Made by a program: the position numbers and the translations under genes. DNA of 63,353 bases, filler included, from Folioceros fuciformis (Eukaryota): the NCBI GenBank assembly GCA_049999805.1. It is 16 parts of 16 records of this genome, joined end to end, with 100 filler letters (N's around TTAATTAATTAA, not from the genome) between each part and the next. Parts side by side here need not be neighbours in the genome. Positions count along the whole stretch, not along the records: positions 13,171 to 14,686 come from JBNGIO010006636.1; positions 14,787 to 17,279 come from JBNGIO010006637.1; positions 17,380 to 23,914 come from JBNGIO010006638.1; positions 24,015 to 29,295 come from JBNGIO010006639.1; 12 more parts are not named here. One strand, written 5' to 3'. Position 1 is the first letter of the stretch; each line of letters starts with the position of its first letter. The notes under the pieces were generated by a model. The model was not told the origin of the DNA. It made no database searches and saw nothing but the letters and a program-made list of their open reading frames with translations. This document shows, piece by piece, positions 13,355-26,429 of this stretch.

Positions 13355-14686
13355 CCTCCACACTCCTACTTCACTGAAATGCATGAAAGTGAGCCAGCTA
13401 AGTATGTATGTCTTGGGGACGACACCAAGCATAGAATTGAAGGACAGGGTACCATAAACCTTGACCTGGAGCCAGCTCAGCACATAGCAATTCCGGATGT
13501 CCTGTACGTACCTGGCCTGACAAAGAACCTTGTTTCCGTTCGGAAAATCGACCAGTCGGGATGTTATGTTTGTTTTGGAGGAGGCAAATGCATAGTGGAG
13601 ACAGCTGATGGCAACCTTCTGGCTATTGGACACTTGGAGTCCGATGACCTGTACCACCTTGACCTCCAGTCAGCACAAGCCAATGCAGCCAATTCCTCGC
13701 AACCTATACGGCCTTCCAGGACCTATCTCTGGCATCTCAGACTTGGCCATGTCAATTTCAGAAAACTTGTTGACATGCACCAGAAGCGTATGGTGGACGG
13801 GCTCACCTTAGATGAACACAAGGACTTCGGCAAATGTGAAGCCTGCATCCTTGGCAAGCACAAGCGGACTTCGTTCCCCACTGATCCACCAATGAGAGCC
13901 ACTTCACCTCTTGGCCTCGTCCATAGTGACTTGTGTGGACCCCTGCCGAAGTCCCTCGGAGGCAAGGAGTATTTCTTGACGTTCATAGATGATTACACAC
14001 GTTTTTGTGTGGTTTATTTCTTACTCCGTAAATCTGCTACTTTCTCCTGTTTCTTGGAGTACATTAACTGGGCTGAGCTGCAAACGGGTCACAAACTGAA
14101 GGCCCTCAAGAGCGACAATGGCGGTGAATATATTGCAGGAGATTTCCTCAACTTCTGCAAGCAGCAAGGCATTATCAGGCAGTTTACAAATCCGCATACG
14201 CCACAGCAGAATGGAGTGGCCGAAAACAAAAACTGGGGTCTGGAAACCATGGCCTCCAGCATGTTACAGTATGCACAGCTGCCCAAATGCTATTAGGCTG
14301 AAGCTGTTGCTTATGCAGCCTACATTCAGAACCGAATATCTCACAAATCCGTTCCTGGTGCCACGCCATACGAGCTATGGACGGGAAGCAAGCCTAGTGT
14401 ATCTCATATGCGTGTCTTCAGTTCCAAGGCGTATGCACAGATTCCTAAAGACATCAGACGAAAATTCAAGCCAAAGTCAAGCCCCTTCATATTCGTTGGT
14501 TTTACAGAAGGCGTAAAGGGGTTTAAGCTGCTCAACAGGCAAACTACACAAACCGTCCACTCCCGTGATGTAGTATTTGTCGAAGGTGTAGAATCTTTGC
14601 ATACAGTGGGAGCAGATGTCGGTGACTGGCAGCTCTCAGATGAAGACTCACAGGATGAGGACCAGGAGATCCTTGTTGGCGATGTC
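13355..14686 (+). mobile_element. Ty1/Copia fragment (integrase region), same family as 49902-55457
   Basis: LWHLRLGH, CEAC, HSDLCGP, FIDDYTRF, SDNGGEY, PQQNGVAE; TGG>TAG at 14294; SRDVVFVEG shared with 52038-53372. Confidence 0.93.
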
Positions 14687-14786
14687 NNNNNNNNNNNNNN
14701 NNNNNNNNNNNNNNNNNNNNNNNNNNNNNNTTAATTAATTAANNNNNNNNNNNNNNNNNNNNNNNNNNNNNNNNNNNNNNNNNNNN

Positions 14787-15160
14787 TTTTTGGACTGGGC
14801 CGCAACCCTGATGTGTGGGACAATCCAGAGCAATTCGATCCTGAGCGCTTTGCAGCGGGAGGCAGCCCCGATTTGAAAGACCCCGAGTTCAGAATTGCAG
14901 TGTTCGGAGGAGGAAGACGAGGGTGTCCCGGTGCCACGCTCGGCACCCTCGTTGTGCTACTGGGAGTAGCGAGGCTCATCCAATGCTTCGACTGGGCCTG
15001 TCCACCTGGAGCCAAAGTGGACTTGACAGAGGTGTATGGAATGACATGCCCCCTCAAGCACCATCTCGTGGCCATGGGGACGCCTCGCTTGCCTCACCAT
15101 CTCTACGCACATCTGGCCACAGGCCTGAAGGATGCAAGAATCGGACCTGCTCCGATGTAG
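14787..15160 (+). CDS. Cytochrome P450, C-terminal exon portion with heme-binding region
   Basis: [20 protein letters not shown] (PERF motif) and FGGGRRGCPG heme motif; stop at 15158-15160. Confidence 0.93.
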
Positions 15161-15574
15161 TTTGTCATCCCCGACGTAGGATGCCACAAAACCCAAAACA
15201 AGCAACAAGGGTCGGAGATTCGGTTTGCTTTTCATTGTCACATTTTCCTATTTTTAGTTTTTACGCAATCACACTTCCGACAGAGGAAAACCTTTGATTT
15301 ATTTCGGAGTCACACTGTGGACAGAGGAAGCTCATAAAGAGTGCTCATTCTTGAGCACTCTTGATGAGCTTCTTCAGCACTCTTTACGCATATCCGGGTG
15401 GGTTGCTGAACACTGCAGCCAGCAGCACATGCCAAGGCTGCCAGGGCTCTTGAAATCCTATTTAGCTCCAAGAGCTTGGTGCTCTGTATGTAGAGCTGCT
15501 CTACATCCAGACTGAGCAAGTTTGTGTCATTCAAGCTTGATCGACTCGCTCAAGGATCGTCCGCCCAGCACCCA

Positions 15575-17279
15575 ATGGCAAGTTTGTTCACAGTTGCGGT
15601 GGGATTGCTGTTCGTTGCATACAGCTTGTTTGTTCTATTGCCCAGGCGAAAGGCCAAGTCGAACGAAGGCCTCAATCTTCCTCCAGGGCCGCCGGGTCTC
15701 CCCATTGTAGGCAACCTTTTCCAGGTTGGCCCAGAACCGCACAAGACGTTTGATCAGTGGAACCGGCAGTATGGGTCTGTTGTCTTCCTCCGCATGGGCA
15801 GCAGGCCCACTCTGGTCACCAATTCTCCTCACATTGTCAAGGAGATCCTCAAGACGCAGGATCATATCTTCGCATCCAGAGCGCCTACTGTGGCTGCCGA
15901 ATACTTCGCCTATGAGTTCAATGACATCGCCATGGCGCCTTACGGACCGGCGTGGAGGAATGCCAGGCGAATCTGCGTATCGGAGCTCTTGACTCCCAGG
16001 TTTGTGCGAAGTGACCATGTATGTTCAACATCTGTGTATGGATGAAATCATGAAATTCGTTGCCGCCAGCACCGTGTAATATCACAGATTTTCCCATCTG
16101 AGTGTCAGGCGTCTGGAGTTATTCGCAATGTCGAGAAGAGAGGAGGCGGACATCATGGTGCAGCGAATCTGGGAGAACTACCTAGCTGGCAGGGTGACAG
16201 ACCTGCAGATCACGCTTGGAGGCTTCGTCATGAACATCATCACCCGGATGCTCTTCAGCAAGAGCTACTGCAAGGGGAATCCGATGACTGAGACATGCTC
16301 CCAAGAGGCGGACATTCTGAAGATGCTTCACAAATCCTTCCAGCTCATGGGAGCAATGAACATCTCCGATTATCTGCCGTACCTGCGGAGGTTCGACTTG
16401 CAGGTAAGCTGCTAGCCCTGCGGATTTCAGGGGAATTTTCCCGAATCCCTTCTACACGTACTAGAGTGTGCAAATTATGACTTGTGCATGGCATGCCAAG
16501 GCTGATCGTTTTGCACAAGTTCTACAGGGCTATGAGAAGCAGATGCGAGGAATAAGGAAAAAATTAGACAACATGTACGACGGCATCATCGAGGAGCGAA
16601 GGCAGCTCCAGAAACAACATCCTGGAAGCGAGCCTAAGGATTTCGTGGACTTGCTCTTAGCTTCCACCAACGGAAGGCAAGAAGAAGAACGAGCACCCCT
16701 GTCCAACACTGCTGTCAAGGGCATTCTCCATGTAAACCTTTGCTTGCCTCCCCTCTCCTTCTGAACCATCAATTGCAACATCGCGGTGAAAGTTTGTCCG
16801 AGCTGCTAATGCTTGTACGGTATTCAAGAGTGTGCTCTGGGACATGTGCTTGCCAGGACATGATTGCTGCTGGCACTGATACGTCGTCCGTGTCAAGCGA
16901 GTACGTCATGGCCGAGCTCCTGCTCAACCCTAACGTTCTGAAGAAAGCGCAGAGCGAGATCGACGACAAGGTAGGCAAGCACAGGCTGGTGGAGGAATCG
17001 GATGTGATGGACTTGCCGTACTTGCGATGCGTGGTGAAGGAGGCTCAACGACTGCATCCCTCCGGCCCTTTCGTTGTGCCTCGTTTCTCCACGGTCGCCA
17101 CTCAGGTACCTTCTAACAGCCTGCAGGACCTTGCTTGATGTCCTGAAATCGGCAACCCGATTTGTCATTGCAATTTGTGATCACAGGTAGCGGGATATCA
17201 TATTCCGAAAGGGACTACAGTGCTGGCCAGTGTTTTTGGACTGGGCCGCAACCCTGATGTGTGGGACAATCCAGAGCAA
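15575..17279 (+). CDS. Cytochrome P450, CYP71 clan (CYP703-like), exons 1-5; continues into the 14787-15160 sequence
   Basis: Membrane anchor, [14 protein letters not shown] hinge, [13 protein letters not shown]-helix [15 protein letters not shown] ([12 protein letters not shown]); ~80-125 bp GT-AG introns. Confidence 0.92.
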
Positions 17280-17379
17280 NNNNNNNNNNNNNNNNNNNNN
17301 NNNNNNNNNNNNNNNNNNNNNNNTTAATTAATTAANNNNNNNNNNNNNNNNNNNNNNNNNNNNNNNNNNNNNNNNNNNN

Positions 17380-19105
17380 CCGCTCCGGGTGGCGCGGGCG
17401 CTTATGAGTGCCACCAGAGGTAAACCACTCGCCACGCCCAGCCCTTGCCGTTGAATTAGTCGGGGTGGATCTTGTTGAAGGCTGGCTTTCTGCACCTCCT
17501 CGGGCAATCTGAAAGGTCTCAGCTGTTCATCGTCAACCAGAGACCAGCGACGCCGAGATCGCTTACATCGCGTGCGTCCGTGCATGAAACTTCACTCACA
17601 TTGGTTGAACCCCTGTTCTCTTCTCACACCTGCTGCTTGTGTATGTGAGTATCCACATTGGCTGAACCACCAACCTGTTGCTTTCTCCGTACGGTGGATG
17701 GCGTGCTGCATAGGCTGGCTTCAATTCCCGTTTTCGCGTGTTGTTATGTGTGTGCCTAGGGTATCGGCAGTCGGCTCAGCATATCATCGGCGACGCGCTG
17801 TTTTCTGAGGCAGGAGCCGGCTCGGGAGCCGGTTGCGGCGGCGGGTCTGGGGGGATGGTGGTTGTCCGGAACGTGGATCTGTTTGCGTCCTGTGAAGCCT
17901 GTCTGCTGCCCTTCAGGGTGCGTTGCCACATGGCGTATGTGCCATCCGGTGAACGCGTGGTTGGGCTGAGCAAGCTGCCCCGCGTGGCTGAGATGTACGC
18001 CAAGCGCCTGCAGAGCCCAGAGAGATTCGCCGACGAGGTGGTGCAAGCGTTGGCCGATGTTCTGAAGCCTTTTGGTGTTGCCATTGTCGTGGAGTGTTGG
18101 CATCTGCAGTGGCCCATGTCCGCCAGCAACGGCGTGATGGATCCTCCGACTGCCGATAGGATGGGTTGGGTGCCCTCTACGGTGCACGCTGCACGAGGTC
18201 AACTACAGGTTGGTGGCCATCTGTGGGATGAGTTTGTCGCCATGTTGGATGTGGACCTCGGAGTGAGTAGCGCACGGAAGTTCTGTCCGTTCTCTCCTCG
18301 TGTGGGTGATCACGGGGTAGCACGGGGCCTTTCGGAGGCAGGTCTTGGCACCGTTTTGCATGGTGAGCCTTTTCTATTTACCAATGGGTGTGGGCAACGA
18401 CTGTGTGGGCTGTCTGCTCCGTTAGGCTGGGCGCAAAAACCTCCTCTGCCTTCTTTTTCTGAGATGGTTGCTGCTGTCGAGGCTCTACTGTTAGCTGTCG
18501 GGGAGGATCCGGGCAGGGATGGACTGCGTTTCACACCGGAACGGTTTGTTCGCAATCTGCTTGCGTCAACACAAGGCAGTTTTGCAAGTTTGGGGCTCAA
18601 CGGGAGTATCAATGGTGGATTGAATGGCTACAGTAATGGGTGTCACTCCACAGAGTTGGTGGCTGGTTTGATGGTGGTGAATGGGGCAACAGGATCCTTT
18701 TCACTGCAGCAAGATCTGTGTTTTTTGTCACAGTGCGAGCATCATCTGCTCCCGTTTGCTGGCACCGTGCATATTGGCTACTTTGTTGTTCAGGGAGCGC
18801 GTCACATTAATAGATCTGCTCTGCAGAAGATGGTCACAGTTTACAGCCAGAGGTTGCAGGTCCAAGAGCGTCTGACCAGACAGATTGCGGAGGCTGTTGC
18901 TGGATGCAGCGGTGTTCTCGGGGTGATGGTGAAGGTTGAAGCTACTCACATGTGTATGGTATCACGTGGGATAGAGAAGATCGGCAGCACCACAGCCACG
19001 GTTGCAACGCTTGGGAGCTTTGTTCAAGATTCAGCAGCCAGGCTTGCATTTTTGTGCCAAGTGAAGAGAGGTGCTGGAGGCAAAGAAGGATGCGGCTATT
19101 GGTAG
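17380..19105 (+). CDS. GCH1: GTP cyclohydrolase I, plant tandem two-domain type, 5'-truncated
   Basis: PLRVARALMSATR|GY; domain 1 SCEACLLPF, VVGLSKLPRVAEMYAKRLQ; domain 2 GEDPGRDGLRFTPERF, SQCEHHLLPF, RLQVQERLT, HMCMVSRG; intron ~17420-17760. Confidence 0.95.
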
Positions 19106-20325
19106 CATGGTCGATCACTGCATCCTCCTCTGTTGTGCCTATGGCTGGATAGTGTTGGCGACGGAAAGTTGTATCCAGCTGGGGCAGCAGACAGACAACC
19201 AGTTGAGGGATGGTACGGCTGGTGTCTCTGCCCCTGTAGCTCCCAGCAGCTTTCGGTGCTTTGCCCAGTTTGGTTGTGATTGTATTTGAGCAGTTGAAGC
19301 CTGTATGGTTTTTGTGGGGGTTTGTCACACTTGTCCTTGCCATCTGTTTGTGTGAATTGCCTTGCCAGTGTATCATAGTGTTACATACAGTCCGACCTCT
19401 GACAATTTTTTGAGCCACATTTTTTTTTTGAGGGCTCAGTTGATTACTGATCTGAACACTGAACACCTAAACCCAGCTCACCAATTATTTAAGAGCTGGT
19501 ACAATTTTGACCGAGAATCTATTATTTTTATTTAATTTAGGAGAGAAAAACTTGACGCTTTTCTGTTGCGGCTGTTTTGTCGTTTGCCCACTGATCTAAC
19601 GTGTCCAGGAATGGAGGGAGGTTCGTAGATATGGTACATAACAAAGTGCCTGTGCGGGTTGTGACAAAAGAAAAGCATAGAAAAAAGTACCCAGGTCCGG
19701 AGATATGTTGTGAGGAAACGGGAAATGCCCAGTCCGGGCCCTGGACTGCTGTCACCAAAGCGCGGTGCGCACCCGTCTGGTCGAATCATTGGGATTAAAG
19801 TTGTGGGTAGTGGATAGCGTCGTGGGGCCTGGTGTACGAGGAGCCGGACTTCTCAGGAGGTGAAACAACACGGGACCTGAGAGGCGCACTTGTTGCTTGC
19901 GCAGCAAGGCAGGCTCGTGTATTGCAGGGCAGCAGAGAGTGAGGGATGCAACATTGACATACATAGACTGGGAGTCGGGAAAGCGCGATGGTCACATGGC
20001 AAGCATGTGAGCCACTCACAACAGGCTTTACCATGTGATTCTTTTGAGGGCCCCACCAGCATCATTATGATATGTATGCACAAAAGCACAGCCAGGCAGG
20101 CAGAGGGAGGCGGTGGAGAGAGCTCAGAGCATGACAGGCCATTGACAGGCAATGCCCCGCCTGCGCCTGCAGGCAGTGGCACCCAGTTCAGCCCAGGCCA
20201 AGGGCTACTACCCTGCGCCTGCTGCCTCTAATCAATCCAAGCCGTACGACGTGCAGAAGGCTCCAGTCAGTCAAGTCCACGTCCTTGGCCATACATGAAG
20301 TGCTTAGTCGAAGTAGGGACGCTAA

Positions 20326-20355
20326 AGGGCAGGGCAGGGCAGGGCAGGGCAGGGC
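20326..20355 (+). repeat. (AGGGC)n pentanucleotide microsatellite, ~6 units
   Basis: agggcagggcagggcagggcagggcagggc read directly. Confidence 0.9.
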
Positions 20356-23300
20356 ACGTACATACCCTGCGGGACAGCAAGCTTTTATAACCCCTTTTTT
20401 CTCTCATCAGTCCTGACTCTGACCACCACCCCCACGCCATAGATACATGTCCCCCTCCTGCTCCCCCTGATCACTCCTGTAATCTGTAAGCTAATGAAAC
20501 TGCGGCCTGCAGCATGGGGCCCTGCAGCCTGCAGCCTGGAGGTGGGAGCCTACAACCTGCAGCCTGATAGATGACCAGACGCATGATGACGAGCAGCAGC
20601 CCACAGCCCTCACAGGCTCGCCTACTCATACATACCTATGAATGAAATATGCTAGATTGCGTGATGTGCAGATTCCACCGCGCTGCATTGGTGGCACAGG
20701 CTGCCAGCCTCCAGGCTCCTGCTTCCAGGCTTCCAGTCTTCCAGGCTTCCAGTGGCCTCTCACAGTACAGTACCTTCTCGTCTTTTAAGGTGTTTGGTGT
20801 TCCAGAAAATTCAGGAATGTCTTGAATACCTGCAATGGCTGTTGATGATCCCGATGTGGATGGGCCGGAGCCGGAGCCGGAGGCCAGGCCACCAGTCTCG
20901 CCTACCTGTGGCATTCCAGGGCTTCGCTACAGGCTACAGTTACAGTGCGTGGAGTCCCGCCTCCAGGTGGGAACCAGCCCATAGTTATCTGTACCTACTG
21001 CACAGTGTATACACATACGCATTACATGGTGGCAGTATCGTGGTTTGAATTCAAACCTCGCCACCGCCTCTGCCCCATGGGCCACTCGCCACTTCAGTAA
21101 CAGCAAACAGCAAACAAATCTTCGCCATGTTAAATTAGGTAAACAGCAGGACGCGCCAAGATTAGGTGTGTCAGCAGATTTGCCTAACGGTTCTCGGAAC
21201 CAGCGTCCAATCATATGCCTGTACCCAGCACCTACAAGACTCGCTTCTTTCCCGCCCACCTTCATTTTAGCCCGGCATTTTATCGACCCTAGATCGTCCA
21301 TCCACCATGACCAGTAGCAGCTGCCAGCCACAATGGGCCAAACCCCGTTGACATGGTTGCAATTGAAGGCCTTGAGCTGAAAGGGGAGGGGCTCCTTGGG
21401 TTATCTTACCTTTCACTACAACGTAACAGCAACACATATGTACAAGTGGAGCTCCCACTTTGGCAACTCTCCCAAGTCAAGGCAAGCGAGTTGAGGGCCG
21501 AGCTGGTGCACACTGCACAGCACAGCACATCACAGCAAAGCACAGCACTCCACCGCACGGTGGCCTGTGCTGCAAGGAGATGCACGCCATTGGCTGCAGC
21601 ACACATGCCGAGGAGGATCTCCTTCATGCGAGCCTTCAATATCCAGATATGGAAATCGGAGAAGGAATGAAGAGCATGCAGTAGAGCCCTGGAGCGCGAC
21701 ATCCAGACAAAATTTCCAGCGTTTCCATGGCAGCTTTTGCCCATGCCGTTTCTTCCATCACCAATTTCCTTGACGGAGACCAATCGTCTGCTGCAAAAGG
21801 GAAGCCAGTCACACCATGCCACCAAACCCCACCCCCCTTTCCTCCCGGCGTGTTGCACCCGGTTTCCTGTCCAGGCCGTGGCCGTCCCTCTTCACGAACA
21901 TACAGTAACGTCGTCTACAGATACATATATCTAGCTGTCCCACCATAGAAAAGGTGTGACCGACATCCGTCCCGCCAAAAGCTGATGACGACAACAGTGC
22001 TGCTCTGTTGGAACATAAGATCCTTGAATTACTGAGGTGATGTCCATGTCGGGAGCGCCGGTTAACACTTCCTTCGCTCACACAATCTCGCACAATACGC
22101 TCTAGCCTACTTGCACTACACAACAGAGTGTCACACACATCCGATTTCTCCCGGCGAATCGCTTGTCAAGAATCCGAGCTAATCATGCTTCTCTCCCTTT
22201 CCCTTGCCCCTTCCGCATGGCCCAAAGACCGCGCTTGCGGATACCAGGAAACAAGCAAGTGGTTCCAGAACCACATCCATCGCTGGGGGCTGGAGCCAGA
22301 GTTGGCGCTCGGCCAGCTAGGGCTTGCTCGGCTTCGTCCCTGTCCCACCATGCCACCGCCACACTTGTCATGCTGATGTCTTGGTCAGCTCAAGATATTC
22401 CGTCACTCCAGTACCAGGGTTCATGTTCCATCTGGCACCACCAGCAACGAGGAATCCACCCGCAACACGAAACCGCCTCCAGTTCCCCATGGAGCTGGAG
22501 GCGCCATCGCCTCGGAGGCTCAGCCCTCGCCGTCCCTCGGTTCCCGTTCCGTTACTTCACTCCGTGACTCTATGTTCCCCGTTCTCGGTTCTCCGTTTCC
22601 CGTTTCCCGTTTCCCGACACTTGATATCATCCCCCATTACGACGATGATGGGCTTAATAGTAACGGCTGTGCGGGCTATGGCAAGAACCCCGATGGCGAA
22701 ACGGCCGGGAACGGGGAACCGCACATCCCGCGGTTGTACGTGGGCGACCGGGCGGCTTCAAGCCTAATGCTTGCGGCAATAAAGGTGTCTGAAGCCGCTC
22801 CCTTAATTCCAGGGTCAGAGGCCGGACATGGCCTTGGCTTGGCGATACCCAATTGGCAACCAGCATGGCATGCTCCCATGCGCCCCATGCGCGGGATCCG
22901 ATAGCCGCCCCCGCGGGATTTCTCCGGCGCCTGCCCCTGACTGGATAGTCACCGGATACCTACACGCGTCTGCAGCCTATTTTTAGCGACGGGCATGTGC
23001 GTTTCCGTCTGTCGTGCCGATGACAGGGCACTACACGTCCGGACAAGGGCGCTATCCGGCCGGATTGAATAATGCTTTAGGGTTTTCTGGCGCAGCGTTG
23101 CGCCAGTTGCGCCCCTTTCGCCGGTTCCACACCCTCCTCGCTCCAGCTGGAAAGCGGGGATCGCTATCTCTGCTCCGTTTTTCTGCCCCTTCTTCCGGAT
23201 CTGGTTGTTCCAGCAGTAGCAGCAGCAGCACCACGAGCTCCCGGGCGCTCGCGGCAGCAGCTCCACTTTCCCGTGTCGTGCCTCCCAATTTCCGTGCTGC

Positions 23301-24014
23301 TGCAGTTTTCCTCTCGCATGCAATTCGACACCGCATGGCATCTCTGTGACGAGCTTTGTGACCTGCTGCATTCTGCCGCCCCCGGAAGACACGTCCCTGC
23401 GAATTTGCCGTCGGGTCACTGAAGCCTTTCGCGCTTTTGGCGCATTGTCGGAGTTGGGCTGTTCTCTTTCGAGGTGCTTGTAGTTTTCTGGCTTTGCCCC
23501 CTTTGCACTTTCATTTAATTCTTCTCCGCGGTTGTGGGCTGGGTTGGGTTGTGCTTTGCTGCGGTGTGCGCTGGGAGCAAACTGTGTGATCCCAGTCTTT
23601 GCGGGCACTGTACTGAGTTGTTGCAATTCGAAAACTTCCTCCCGTGCTGCACTCGCTGACAGCTTTGTCTCTCCGTCCTATTGGCCAGGGAGGGAGCTCT
23701 GATGTCGATGCAATGTCCTGGTTCCGGAGGAGGCAGTGTGCGCAGTGCTGATAGACTACTGTGATGAGGAATGCAGGTGTTCCTCCTTTCTTGTAATGCC
23801 TACAGGTTGCGCGGCGTGTTTTGTCCTTCCTGATCTGCAGCTCATCTGAGTGATGGTTCCCCTGACGAGAACGTACCGTTTTTCTAGGCCGCTCAGCGCG
23901 CTTCACCTTCTGTANNNNNNNNNNNNNNNNNNNNNNNNNNNNNNNNNNNNNNNNNNNNTTAATTAATTAANNNNNNNNNNNNNNNNNNNNNNNNNNNNNN
24001 NNNNNNNNNNNNNN

Positions 24015-26429
24015 GATCATGGAGCCGGAGAAAGGAGGGAGAAGAGGGCTGTGGTGGTTGGAGGAGGGTGGGCCGGCTTTGGGGCCGCCCACGCCATGGC
24101 CAAGGACGGGTTTCAGGTCACGCTTCTGGACGCAGCCTCGTCCCCGGGGGGCCTCAGCACCGGGTTTAGGACCGCCAACGGGAGGCCCGTGGAGGCCGGT
24201 ATCAAGGGCTTTTGGTGGCAGTACCGGAACATTTTTCAGCTGGTGAAGGAGCTCGGGATTGTAAGGATTGTCCGTGCCTTGATTGTGGTGTAGCATTGAT
24301 GGGTGGCAGCTGACTGGGCTGGAGGGTGTGGGTGTCGCCCCAGCCTTGGCCTTTCACGGATTGGACCAGGAGCGCCTTCTACTCTCCGGTCGGGATCCAG
24401 GTGGAGGCCCCCGTGTTCAGCTCTCTGCCGCGGCTGCCTACCCCGCTCGGTTCCTTCGTCTACACCTCGCCTCACTTCCGGTAATGCACTCACACTTTGG
24501 GGGGCGGTTTGCATCCTGTGCGTGGGAAGTTGACGGATTGCTGCCCATGTTCGAGCAGGTCGCTTCCTATTGCGGACCGCTTGACAGCCCTTCCATTGTT
24601 ACGTGCACTAATCGAGTTTGACACGGTATGTGTGTGTTAGTTAGTGTTAGTCCTGCTGCGCTTTCCATGTGATCTTTGGAGGAAGTGGCATTGAATGTGG
24701 TTGGCTATGTGGCCGCTTGATGAACATTCGGTTGAGCACATGGTGGTGAACATAGGATGAGAACGAGGACTTTCTCCACGTTGCAGGCAGTGATGCAAAA
24801 ATGTTTATTGAGACCTTCGCATAAGGTCGTGTTCAGGATGAGGAGGTGTACAGAAAGTATGATGACATGACTGCGAGGGAGCTCTTTCGGGAGGCAGGTG
24901 TGTCGGCCAGGCTGTATCGCGAGTTCCTGGAGCCCATCTTGCTGGTGACACTTTTTGCACCTGGAGAGCAGCTTTCGGGTGATGCTCCTGACCCATGAGG
25001 TTAGGCTGCTGGCTGTTCGAAGAGATGGCAGTTTCTCAGGCACTGCTCTTCCTGGCATACACGTGTGGCAGCTGCAGCAGCCTTGGGAGCTCTCTACTAC
25101 TACGTTTTAGCCCATCAAGCAGATTTCGACGTATGTTGGTGCAAGGGCTCTGTTGCTGAGAAGATTTTCAAGCCGTGGCTTGCGGAGTTTGTCAAATTGG
25201 GTGGCAAGCTTGAGCATGGCACGCTGGTGAAGTCCGTTGTGGTGGACAAGGGAGCAAATAAGGTGTCTGCAGTCTTGGCAGGTGATCCAACCGTTGACGC
25301 CACGGCGGTTACGTCCATGGCTGTCTCCCTGCCACCCCTTCCTTACATGATGGCTGATGCAACTCGGTTGTGTGTCACACCAGGGTCCAGGACTGGTGCA
25401 GCAACGGTGTACGATGCTGATGTGGTTGTGTTTGCAGTCGGGGTGCAAGCAATGCAGGTACCCGAGGGTGATGCTTGAGAAAGTGGGTTATCGTAGTAAT
25501 GGAGGTGATGAGTGAAGCTTTAAAGGTGTTCCTTGCCTGCCGGTGCGTGTGTGTGTTCCCAGAGGATTGTTGAGTCATCTCCAGGCTTGGCCGAGCGCAG
25601 CGAATTCTCAGCAGTGTTCAACCTGGGAACTGTGGATGTTCTGGCAACCCGGCTATGGCTGGACTGTGTAGTGCCATTGCCGAACCCCTCCAATGTGCTG
25701 GCGGGCTTCGAGTCCACAACTGGAGCAACGTTGTTCGATCTTAATGCTCTGCAGGTATATGCCCCTCGATTCCATTCCTCATCCCCCTCACAGAGCTGAC
25801 ATCATCTCACCAAACCTGCATGTGCTACTTCCTTCTTCGGCAGAGCGATGAGTTCAGAGCACGGCAGGGCAGTGTCATCGAGCTCGACTTCTACCACGCA
25901 AACCAGCTCCTGCCCCTTTCAGATGAGGCCTTGCTCACCAAGGTAATTGGAAGACCTGGCTGCCCCATCTCCTGCTTGGCCAAATACAGCCGTCGTTCGG
26001 TCTCACAGGGATGCCTTCTCTGCATCACAGGTGAGGGCCACTTACCTTGAACGCATCGACAAAAGGTACGCAGAAGCGCGTGTCTTGGACAGTAGCGTAC
26101 TGCGTTTCAAGAACGCCGTGACGCTCTTCGGAGCCGGATCGCACAAGCACATGCCGGCCAGCCGCAGCACGCTATCCAACGTGTTCGTGGCTGGGGACTG
26201 GGTGCGACAAGGGCCCGGCGCCCACGGTGCCCGGGGCCTCTCGCAGGAGAAAGCCTACGTCACCGGACTGCTGGCAGCTAAGGCAGCCGCCCTGAGCCTG
26301 GGAATGGAGTCCACGGTCTCTGTGTTGGACGTTGAGCCCGACGAAACCCACATTGCTGCGGCGAAGCTGACTGCCCAAGGATTGCAGCTCCTCGGGAGGA
26401 AGCTGGGATTCCCTTCGCCTTGCCTGTGA
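24015..26429 (+). CDS. FAD-dependent oxidoreductase (amine oxidase / phytoene-desaturase superfamily), multi-exon, 5'-truncated
   Basis: Rossmann motif VVVGGGWAG..LLDA..PGG, VEAGIKGFWWQYRNIF, YDDMTARELF, LAHQADFDVCWCKG, NVFVAGDWV, SQEKAYVTG; short GT-AG introns. Confidence 0.88.

Noticed and set aside
14787-17279. Extrachromosomal circle or plasmid suggested by terminal repeats
   Set aside because: The 47-bp overlap matches that at other contig ends and there are no replication genes; a collapsed tandem repeat is simpler.
21368-21483. miR319/159-like hairpin (ggagctccc core; gccttga..tcaaggc ends)
   Set aside because: Pairing is patchy and the mature TTGGACTGAAGGGAGCTCC sequence is absent.
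19400-23914. Many short ORFs, including the 225-aa ORF 22949-23626
   Set aside because: No recognisable domains, low complexity, non-ATG starts; more likely intergenic, UTR or intron sequence.
24015-26429. Cyanobacterial symbiont contamination
   Set aside because: Multiple GT-AG introns and a plant F-box gene on the same contig.
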